32,000 nucleotides of DNA from assembly GCF_000619845.1 (NCBI RefSeq), contig NZ_JHUX01000003.1:940064-972063 (forward strand), read 5' to 3'. The position numbers were made by a program, and so were the translations under genes. Source of the DNA: Alkanindiges illinoisensis DSM 15370. Its GTDB lineage: Bacteria; Pseudomonadota; Gammaproteobacteria; Pseudomonadales; Moraxellaceae. The notes beneath the pieces are model-generated. The model ran no database searches and had not been told where the DNA came from. It saw nothing but the letters and a program-made list of their open reading frames with translations. Numbering within the stretch: the stretch's first letter is position 1; each line of letters starts with the position of its first letter. Below are positions 25,159 through 32,000 of this stretch, piece by piece.

Positions 25159-27339
25159 GTGCAAAAGCTGGCAGCAAAAATTATCAGGGTTAGTTATAAC
25201 TCTGCCTATATGTATGCCTTGCGCATGATGATTGCTTTTGCAGGTACGGCTTTTTTCCCTTATTTGATTGATCGGCAGATTTTAACCATTCCTTTAACAT
25301 TGGGGGTGGTTGCTGCGGGGATCAGCAATATTGATGACCGTTTTTCGGTGCATTTGCGCAATCTGTCTTATACCTATATTGGCTTTTTCGTGGCAGCCAG
25401 TTCGGTACAGCTGTTATTTCCCTATCCGGTGCTGTTTGCCCTTGGCCTGATTGCCTCCTGTATTGTATTTATTTTGCTGGGCTCACTTGGCCCGCGCTAT
25501 GCCACGATTTCCTATGGTTCACTGGTAGTAGCGGTATATGCCATGCTGGGTGTTCACCTGTTTGACACCTGGTATGAGCAACCCCTGTATCTGGTCGCAG
25601 GCGCAATATGGTATGGCGTATTAACCTCAATTAGCTATCTGGTGTTTCCGGTACGCAATCTGGATGACAATTTAAGTGCCTGCTATAACAAGCTGGGTGC
25701 TTTTTTATATGCAAAATCCAATTTGTTTGATGCTGATCTGGATGCGCAGGAATTTGATCAGGCGCTGATTGATTTATCCCTGTGTAATAGCAAGCTGGTT
25801 ACCACGCTCAATGCAACCCGGATTTCCCTGCTCACCCGGCTTAAGGGAGACCGGGGCCAGAAAGATACCCGGCGCAACCTGCACTATTATTTTGTGGCGC
25901 AGGATATTCACGAACGCGGTGATTCCGCGCATATTGACTACCAGACACTGGCGCGTGAATTTCGTTATAGCGATATTTTGTTCCGTTTTCAGCGTCTGAT
26001 TAGCACACAATCCAGAGCATGTATGGAACTGGCAAAATGCATTCGCTTGCATCGCCCGTATAAACATAATCCACGCTTTGCCCGTGCTTTTGAGCGTTTA
26101 AAGCTATCGATTCATTCACAATATGATCAGGGTCGTAACTTAATTCACTTAAATGCTTTAACGCTAATTCTAAGCAACTTAAAAGAAATAGACGCCCAGC
26201 TTGCCAATATGGAAACCGAGCGTTCGTTCCTACAGAAAAATTTTGACCGTAATGATATTAACCAGCAGTTACGCGATGACAGCCTGCAAGGCTTTGCTGA
26301 TATCTGGCAACGCATTCGGCAAAACCTGAGTCCTGAATCTGTATTGTTCCGCCATGCAGTACGCCTGTCACTAGTATTGCTGCTGGCTTATATTTTTATT
26401 CAGGTAACTCGGCTTGAATATGGTTACTGGATTTTGCTCACGGCGCTGTTTGTCAGCCAGCCCAACTTTAATGCGACCCAGCGACGCCTAAAATTGCGGA
26501 TTACCGGTACATTGGCTGGTGTGCTGATTGGCCTGCCGATTTTATATTTTGTGCCCAGTGTGGAAGGCCAGCTGGTGGTACTGATCATTGCTGGCGTGCT
26601 GTTTTTTGAACTGCGTAGCCGCCAATATGCACAGGCTACGGCATTTATTACCCTGCTGGCGCTAATTAATTTTAATCTGGATGGTTCGGGTTTTGATGCT
26701 GCCCTACCGCGCATTACTGATACGATTCTAGGCTGTTTTTTTGCATGGCTTGGCGTGAGCTTTATCTGGCCGGACTGGAAGTTTCGCCGCCTGCCGCGAC
26801 TGGTAAACCGGGCCTTAACCGCACAATGTAACTATCTAGCGGCTGTGGTTCGGCAATATCATGCAGGCAAAAGCAATGACATGGATTACCGGATCAAACG
26901 ACGGGCGGCTCATAATACCGATGCAGAACTGGCCTCTTTTATTTCAACACTGGCCACTGAACCGGATCAGGATGCCATTCAGGTTAGCCAGTGCTTCCGG
27001 TTTTTATGCTTAAACCATACTTTTTTAAGCTATATTTCTGCGCTGGGTGCCCATCGGGAAGAACTTGAGGATAAAGAAGTGCTGTCGCTACTGGATCAAG
27101 TGCTGGTGAATATTCAGGGCGCATTATTATATGCGCAAACACCCAAGCCGGCACTCCAGCACACCACTGAACTACTCACCCTGCGCCTGCAAAACATGAG
27201 TGCCCAAGCGGGTAGCCGCGAGCAACTAGTTTTGCAGCAAATTCGCTTGCTGATGAGTGTCTTGCCAGAATTTGCTACTTTAAATCAAAGCCTGAGTTAT
27301 GACGATCATTCCGATGCCAGTGCGCTTGCACCATTGTAA
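25159..27339 (+). CDS. yccS: YccS/YhfK-family (FUSC-like) integral membrane protein
   Basis: 726-aa ORF with a GTG start. The N-terminus aligns by eye with E. coli YccS: ...TIPLTLGVVAAGISNIDDR..LRNL...LLFPYP...LGPRYATISYGSLVVAVY. There are two multi-TM blocks separated by a large soluble region. Confidence 0.85.
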   Translation: MQKLAAKIIRVSYNSAYMYALRMMIAFAGTAFFPYLIDRQILTIPLTLGVVAAGISNIDDRFSVHLRNLSYTYIGFFVAASSVQLLFPYPVLFALGLIASCIVFILLGSLGPRYATISYGSLVVAVYAMLGVHLFDTWYEQPLYLVAGAIWYGVLTSISYLVFPVRNLDDNLSACYNKLGAFLYAKSNLFDADLDAQEFDQALIDLSLCNSKLVTTLNATRISLLTRLKGDRGQKDTRRNLHYYFVAQDIHERGDSAHIDYQTLAREFRYSDILFRFQRLISTQSRACMELAKCIRLHRPYKHNPRFARAFERLKLSIHSQYDQGRNLIHLNALTLILSNLKEIDAQLANMETERSFLQKNFDRNDINQQLRDDSLQGFADIWQRIRQNLSPESVLFRHAVRLSLVLLLAYIFIQVTRLEYGYWILLTALFVSQPNFNATQRRLKLRITGTLAGVLIGLPILYFVPSVEGQLVVLIIAGVLFFELRSRQYAQATAFITLLALINFNLDGSGFDAALPRITDTILGCFFAWLGVSFIWPDWKFRRLPRLVNRALTAQCNYLAAVVRQYHAGKSNDMDYRIKRRAAHNTDAELASFISTLATEPDQDAIQVSQCFRFLCLNHTFLSYISALGAHREELEDKEVLSLLDQVLVNIQGALLYAQTPKPALQHTTELLTLRLQNMSAQAGSREQLVLQQIRLLMSVLPEFATLNQSLSYDDHSDASALAPL

Positions 27340-27343
27340 TACC

Positions 27344-27392
27344 GCTGAGTTGGTTAGAACACCACCTTGACATGGTGGGGGTCGCTGGTTCG
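27344..27392 (+). pseudogene. tRNA-Val(GAC) central fragment (D-arm to T-loop), non-functional
   Basis: GCTGAGTTGGTTAGAACACCACCTTGACATGGTGGGGGTCGCTGGTTCG. Anticodon stem-loop CCACC-TTGACAT-GGTGG, with the anticodon GAC at 27369-27371. The D-stem is broken (GCTG/GAAC), there is no acceptor stem on either side, and the 3' half of the T-stem is absent. Confidence 0.7.
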
Positions 27393-27550
27393 CGGAAAGT
27401 GATGCGGAATATGAGATATATCATACAGAGCCGAAAGTATTTTTCCAATAATAAAGCACGCAAAAACCAAGCAAGAAAACAACAGTGTAATTGCAAGCCA
27501 GCATGCCTAAATAGACATTCATTTCTATCCGGTAGCGAGGTTGATTGCAC

Positions 27551-28381
27551 ATGACTTCTTGGCTTAAAGATGCATTTTTTCAGGTGGCCACTCATCCCAA
27601 GCAAATCAGTACAGGCCCAATGCATGTACCTGTACGTTATTTTGATGCATCCAGCCTGATTGCCTTTTTTATGGTGGACTATGCCAAGGCCAGTGCGCTG
27701 GTTGATGTAACAGGCATTGAAGTGGTTCCTGTTACTGAAAACAAGGCGTTGTTTGCGCTGGCTTTCTATGAATATCGCAGCTTGACGGATGGTGCGCCCT
27801 ATAATGAGGTGGGCGCCTGCGTGGTGGTGCAACCCAAAGGCATGAAACCTGCCAAGCATCCCCTGATGGAATTATCACTACCGCCAGATCGCCGCCAGAC
27901 TGGAATGCATATCCTGCATTTACCAGTGACAACAGAAGAAGCCTGCGCAGGCGGCAAGGAAATCTGGGGCTATCCCAAGTTTGTTACGCCCATTAATTTT
28001 AGTTTAAGTGACAAGGAATTTAGCGGTCAGGTAATGCATCCGGATCATCCCCAATCACCTTTGCTTAACTTAACCGGAAAACTGGGTATGGGCTTGCCTG
28101 CACCGTGGGCTGACTTGGTACTTTATTCCAGTTTGAATGACCAGTTGATCCGTGCGACTGCCAATACACGTACGCTGGATGGTGCCACCTTTGCCACAGC
28201 AGGTAGCCTGAAGTTATCGCTTGATCTGGTGAGTGGACATCCGATGGCAGAAGCATTAAATCAGTTAGACCTTGATGGCGCCTCGCCGATTTCAGCCACT
28301 TATACGCAAAGCCTGCAATTGCGTTTAAATGAAGGTGTGGTGGTGGAAACTGAAGAAGCTCCCACTAACATTGCTGTTTAA
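27551..28381 (+). CDS. acetoacetate decarboxylase (ADC)-family protein
   Basis: I prefer the ATG at 27551 (GAGG 10 nt upstream) over the TTG at 27545. ADC-like beta-cone features: YFDASSLIAFFMVDY, ALFALAFYEYRS...PYNEVG, and LHLPVTTEEACAGGKEIWGYPKF. Confidence 0.6.
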   Translation: MTSWLKDAFFQVATHPKQISTGPMHVPVRYFDASSLIAFFMVDYAKASALVDVTGIEVVPVTENKALFALAFYEYRSLTDGAPYNEVGACVVVQPKGMKPAKHPLMELSLPPDRRQTGMHILHLPVTTEEACAGGKEIWGYPKFVTPINFSLSDKEFSGQVMHPDHPQSPLLNLTGKLGMGLPAPWADLVLYSSLNDQLIRATANTRTLDGATFATAGSLKLSLDLVSGHPMAEALNQLDLDGASPISATYTQSLQLRLNEGVVVETEEAPTNIAV

Positions 28382-28407
28382 TCAAATAATCTTAATTCAT
28401 TTAATGG

Positions 28408-28450
28408 TAAAAAAGGACAGTTCTAATAATCAGAAACTGTCCTTTTTTTA
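28408..28450. terminator. bidirectional terminator between the ADC-like gene and ftsY
   Basis: Stem ggacagtt (28415-28422) / aactgtcc (28435-28442), flanked by aaaaaa upstream and ttttttt downstream. Confidence 0.8.
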
Positions 28451-28477
28451 TTGTTAATTGCAGCAGTGAGCTACTCA

Positions 28478-29653
28478 TTAACGCTCATCGGTCTGGAATA
28501 ACGCCGCCACAAAGGACTTGGCAGAAAACGGACGCAGGTCGTCAATTTTCTCACCCACACCAATAAAGCGAATAGGTACATTGGTGCGGCTGGCAATATT
28601 AAACAGCACCCCGCCCTTGGCCGTACCATCCAGCTTGGTAATGGTTAAGCCCGTCAGGCCAACGGCACTGTCAAATTCCTGCACCTGATTAATGGCATTC
28701 TGGCCAGTACCGGCGTCCACCACCAGCATGATTTCATGCGGCGCAGTCGCATCAATTTTCTGCATCACGCGCTTAACTTTTTTTAGCTCTTCCATCAGGT
28801 TGCTTTTGGTATGCAGACGGCCAGCAGTATCGGCAATTAATACATCAATGCCACGTGCACGCGCACTTTCAAATGCATCAAAAATCACTGAGGCACTATC
28901 GGCGCCATGACCCTGTGCCACTACCGGAATATTGTTGCGCTCGCCCCAGATCTGCAATTGCTCGGTGGCCGCCGCACGGAAGGTATCACCCGCAGCCAGC
29001 ATGACTTTTTTGCCTTCGCCCTGCAAACGCTTGGCCAGCTTGCCAATGGTGGTGGTTTTGCCAACCCCATTTACGCCAACCATTAAAATCACAAACGGTC
29101 TTTTGTTGCTATCAATATGCAATGGCTTAACCCGTGGGGCCAGCAAGGTCACCAGTTCTTCCTGCAATGCCTTATACAGTGCATTGGAATAAATCAGCTC
29201 TTTACGTTCGGTGCGTTCGGTCAGGTTTTGAATAATAGTGCGGGTTGCATCAACACCAATATCAGCCACCAGTAACTGGGTTTCGACTTCTTCCAAAAGC
29301 TCGTCATCAATTTCCTTGCCACCAATAAGAATATTGACCATGCCTTCGGTAAAGTTTTTGCGTGATTTGCTTAAGCCTGCTTTCATGCGGCCAAAAAAAC
29401 CACCGCTTTCTGCATTGTTATCAGTGTCAGACGGTGGCGCTGTTACTGGTGATGCTGCAGGCACTGATGACGATGCTACTGACTGTGATGTTACGGCTGC
29501 ACGCTCTGCAATACGCGGTGTTTCAATCACAGGAATATCGACTGTGGGCAGGCTGGGCAAGGTAACGTCATCATCACCAATGTCGGCATCAATAACGAAA
29601 GTTTTCTGATCGGGTTGCTGAGGTTGCATACTTGCTCCGGCGCCTTTATTCAC
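28478..29653 (-). CDS. ftsY: signal recognition particle receptor
   Basis: 391-aa ORF. NG domain motifs MVGVNGVGKTTTIGKLA (G1), LIADTAGRLH (G3) and TKLDGTAKGG (G4). The N-terminal region is acidic and Ser/Ala-rich. Confidence 0.95.
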   Translation of the reverse strand: MNKGAGASMQPQQPDQKTFVIDADIGDDDVTLPSLPTVDIPVIETPRIAERAAVTSQSVASSSVPAASPVTAPPSDTDNNAESGGFFGRMKAGLSKSRKNFTEGMVNILIGGKEIDDELLEEVETQLLVADIGVDATRTIIQNLTERTERKELIYSNALYKALQEELVTLLAPRVKPLHIDSNKRPFVILMVGVNGVGKTTTIGKLAKRLQGEGKKVMLAAGDTFRAAATEQLQIWGERNNIPVVAQGHGADSASVIFDAFESARARGIDVLIADTAGRLHTKSNLMEELKKVKRVMQKIDATAPHEIMLVVDAGTGQNAINQVQEFDSAVGLTGLTITKLDGTAKGGVLFNIASRTNVPIRFIGVGEKIDDLRPFSAKSFVAALFQTDER

Positions 29654-29964
29654 AACTTTTAAATGCGGTGTATCCTAGCATATCGTATGGATTTTTATGG
29701 AAGCATTGTGAATTTTCTTCACGTTAAATAACAAACAAATTGTACTTTTTGCTACAAAAAAGCTGGCAAGTTTGGTGGGCAAGAGTATGCTTGATTTCTG
29801 CTGTCAGCACGCTGGTTTACTACTGTAAGACAAGCACCAAATTTGGGAACAGTAGGTTGATTTCAACAAGAATTTTTTAAGAAATTTAAAAAAAGCATGG
29901 CGATTTCAACCCAAAATTTTGACTTTTTAGCACATACTGGACGGATACAGGTTTAGCAAAATAT

Positions 29965-31575
29965 ATGATTACGCGCATGCAACAGGCCGCCTTACCTTCT
30001 TCCTTTTATTTAAAACACATTGAGCAGTTATTCACTCTCAAGAAATTGTCCAGGTTAAGCCAGTGTAGCTTGATTGGATTAAGCGTTGGATTGTCAATGC
30101 CTGTACTGGCCAAATCAAAACCAGCAAGTACAGGCATTACCCCAGCGCCAATTCAGGTGAAAGCCAAAACCTATGAAGAAACCTTACCAAATGGCCTCAA
30201 AGTCATTATCCGTGAAGATCACCGCGCGCCAGTTGCCATGACCCAGATCTGGTACAAGGTGGGTTCTACCGATGAAACAGGTGATGAGCTTGGCCTGTCA
30301 CATGCACTGGAACACATGATGTTCAAAGGCACCAGCAAGGTTCCGGGTGAGGAACTGTCGCGCATTAGCGGTAAGTTTGGCGGCTCAACCAATGCGTTTA
30401 CCTCCAACAATTACACGGGTTATTACCAGCTTTATCCCGCGCAATATGTACCGCTAGCGCTGGAACTCGAAGCCGACCGCATGCAAAACCTACAGTTGCG
30501 CCAACAGGATTTTGAACCGGAAATGCGGGTGATTATGGAAGAGCGCCGCCAGCGTACCGATGACAATCCAAAGGCACTGGCCTATGAAAAATTCCGCTGG
30601 ATGGCCTATCCCACCAGTCCGCTACGCCAACCAACGATCGGCCATATGAAAAACCTGGAAGGCCTGAAACTGGATTCACTGAAACGCTGGTATCAAAAAT
30701 GGTACACGCCCAATAATGCAACCCTGATTATTGTGGGTGACGTTGATCCGCAAAAAACCATGTATGACGTGCGCCGCTACTTTGGCGATATGCCGCGTCG
30801 TGCGACGCCGATTCGTCCTGATGTGAGCGAGTTCCAGCATATTGGCGAGCGGCAAATGGATGTAAGTGTGCCTGTACAAATTCCGGCGCTTTATCTGGCA
30901 TGGAATGTCGATTCGCTACAAAGTGCAGACAACCCGGATAAAGCCTATGCACTAGCATTGTTGCAATCCGTTCTGGATGGTGGCCTGTCTGCCCGCTTTG
31001 AAACCCGCCTGATTCGCGAACAACGTATACTTGCCTCGGTTAGTTGCAACTATGATCTGTTTAACCGGGGCAGCAGCCTGTTTACTATTACTGCCATTCC
31101 AGAACAGGGTGTAACCCTCGAACAAGCCCGCGCTGCAATTCTGGCTGAAGTGGAAAAACTTAAAACCGATCCAATAACCCCTACTGAACTCGAACGGGTG
31201 AAAACCAGTTATCTGGCAGAACTGGTATATAGTCAGGACAGTATTGAAGGTCAGGCACAACTAATTGGCATGCTGGAAAGTGCTAATTTGAGCTACAAGA
31301 TTATTGATGCGCTGCCACAAAAACTAAACCAGCTCTCAGTACCTTATATGCAGCAAATTGCCCAGCAATATCTAGTACCCGATAACCTCAGTACCATGTA
31401 TTTGCGGGTTGCGGATAACAAAACACAGGCCAAGTCAGATCCTAATACACAAAATCCGGTGCAAGCGGTTCCGCAGCCCAGCACACAGTCCACGATAAAG
31501 CCAGTATCAAGCGATACAGCCACCTCTGCAACCACAAATCCTGTTAGCAGCACTAATACAGGAAGCAATCCCTAA
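29965..31575 (+). CDS. M16-family zinc metallopeptidase (active-type subunit)
   Basis: Inverted zinc motif HALEHMMFKGT (HxxEH) and an N-terminal signal-like segment (LIGLSVGLSMPVLA). The C-terminal 60 aa or so are a Ser/Thr/Pro/Gln-rich low-complexity tail. The exact start is uncertain. Confidence 0.85.
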   Translation: MITRMQQAALPSSFYLKHIEQLFTLKKLSRLSQCSLIGLSVGLSMPVLAKSKPASTGITPAPIQVKAKTYEETLPNGLKVIIREDHRAPVAMTQIWYKVGSTDETGDELGLSHALEHMMFKGTSKVPGEELSRISGKFGGSTNAFTSNNYTGYYQLYPAQYVPLALELEADRMQNLQLRQQDFEPEMRVIMEERRQRTDDNPKALAYEKFRWMAYPTSPLRQPTIGHMKNLEGLKLDSLKRWYQKWYTPNNATLIIVGDVDPQKTMYDVRRYFGDMPRRATPIRPDVSEFQHIGERQMDVSVPVQIPALYLAWNVDSLQSADNPDKAYALALLQSVLDGGLSARFETRLIREQRILASVSCNYDLFNRGSSLFTITAIPEQGVTLEQARAAILAEVEKLKTDPITPTELERVKTSYLAELVYSQDSIEGQAQLIGMLESANLSYKIIDALPQKLNQLSVPYMQQIAQQYLVPDNLSTMYLRVADNKTQAKSDPNTQNPVQAVPQPSTQSTIKPVSSDTATSATTNPVSSTNTGSNP

Positions 31576-32000
31576 TGAATCAACTTATAAATAACACCAT
31601 GTTCTGTTCCCGTACCTTGATAGCGCGTTTTAGCGCCAGCTTTTTAAGCGTTGCCATGGCTGCTACCACAATTTCTCCTTTGGCTATTTCCAATGTCTGG
31701 GCCGAGGAATCCCATCAGGCCGAACCCAGCGATGCACCGATTACTTCACTGGCAACCTTAAGCAGCTTGCGCAATATTGCAGCGTCAGGGGCTGTGGCAA
31801 TCAAGACCCCAGCAATTGAGAGCCTGAGCACTAAAACCGGCACGCCCACCCTGTTTGTGGCAGCGCCCGAATTGCCGATTGTTGATATTCGCCTTACCTT
31901 TGATGCCGGCTCTGCACGTGATAGCGAATTTCGCGATGGCTTGTATGGCTTGGCATCCTTAACCTCGCAACTTTTGGATGAAGGCACTTCTACCCAGAGC
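31575..32000 (+). CDS. M16-family peptidase, second subunit (5' part, runs off the window)
   Basis: The ATG overlaps the upstream stop (TAATG at 31573-31577), and I translated the frame by hand and found it open to the window end: MNQLINNTMFCSRTLIARFSASFLSVAMAATT...DIRLTFDAGSARDSEF...LLDEGTSTQS. It has a signal peptide and the M16 N-terminal core pattern. It is missing from the ORF track because no stop falls inside the window. Confidence 0.75.
   Translation, partial: MNQLINNTMFCSRTLIARFSASFLSVAMAATTISPLAISNVWAEESHQAEPSDAPITSLATLSSLRNIAASGAVAIKTPAIESLSTKTGTPTLFVAAPELPIVDIRLTFDAGSARDSEFRDGLYGLASLTSQLLDEGTSTQS

Noticed and set aside
27344-27392. Possibility that the tRNA-Val-like segment is an intact tRNA gene
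   Set aside because: There is no 7-bp acceptor stem in the flanks. The D-stem halves GCTG/GAAC do not pair. The sequence after GGTTCG cannot complete the T-arm. I therefore call it a fragment or pseudogene only.
27372-27554. 60-aa highly basic plus-strand ORF in the gap before the ADC-like gene
   Set aside because: It starts inside the tRNA remnant, has no Shine-Dalgarno sequence, and its low-complexity basic composition is what an A-rich spacer would give. It has no support as a gene.
27275-27859. 194-aa minus-strand ORF spanning the yccS 3' end, the tRNA-Val fragment and the 5' part of the ADC-like gene
   Set aside because: It is antisense to two well-supported genes and crosses a non-coding gap. 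The product is His/Arg/Cys-rich with no recognisable motif, which is typical of a shadow ORF.
1-32000. CRISPR arrays, rRNA genes, intact tRNAs, transposases or prophage genes
   Set aside because: I could find no regularly spaced repeats, no rRNA-like conserved blocks, no GGTTCGA-type T-arms apart from the degraded one at 27387-27392, and no transposase or integrase-like ORFs in the six-frame track.

Overview
This is a chromosomal segment of a moderately AT-rich gammaproteobacterium. By the look of its proteins it is probably Moraxellaceae or Acinetobacter-like, but that is an inference and was not searched. Most of the window is housekeeping: purH-purD, two ABC1/UbiB-family atypical kinases, a Baeyer-Villiger-type flavin monooxygenase divergent from a pair of acyl-CoA dehydrogenases, galE, folB plus a folK-like gene, moeB/thiF-like, prfA-prmC, ftsY, a YccS-family membrane protein and a tandem pair of M16 peptidases.

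The stand-out region is a visibly AT-richer block of four co-directional minus-strand genes at 10395-16099. It encodes an 816-aa fusion of a GT-A glycosyltransferase with a KpsC/KpsS-like (capsule beta-Kdo-transferase-type) domain, a signal-peptide-bearing right-handed beta-helix protein, a polysaccharide pyruvyltransferase, and a degenerate SGNH-like protein. No flippase, polymerase, ABC exporter or priming transferase is present. galE lies directly downstream with no visible terminator. I consider this the best candidate for an undescribed envelope-glycan system.

Other points worth a second look:
- a central fragment of tRNA-Val(GAC) lacking both acceptor halves (27344-27392)
- an AT-rich single-gene islet encoding an orphan split-zinc-ribbon protein between prmC and moeB (20497-21096)
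- an acyl-CoA dehydrogenase pair in which the first member has lost the catalytic and FAD motifs, suggesting a heteromeric enzyme
- a divergent HPPK-like gene overlapping folB

I saw no rRNA, intact tRNA, CRISPR array, transposase or integrase. All calls rest on reading motifs by eye. No database search or composition calculation was run.
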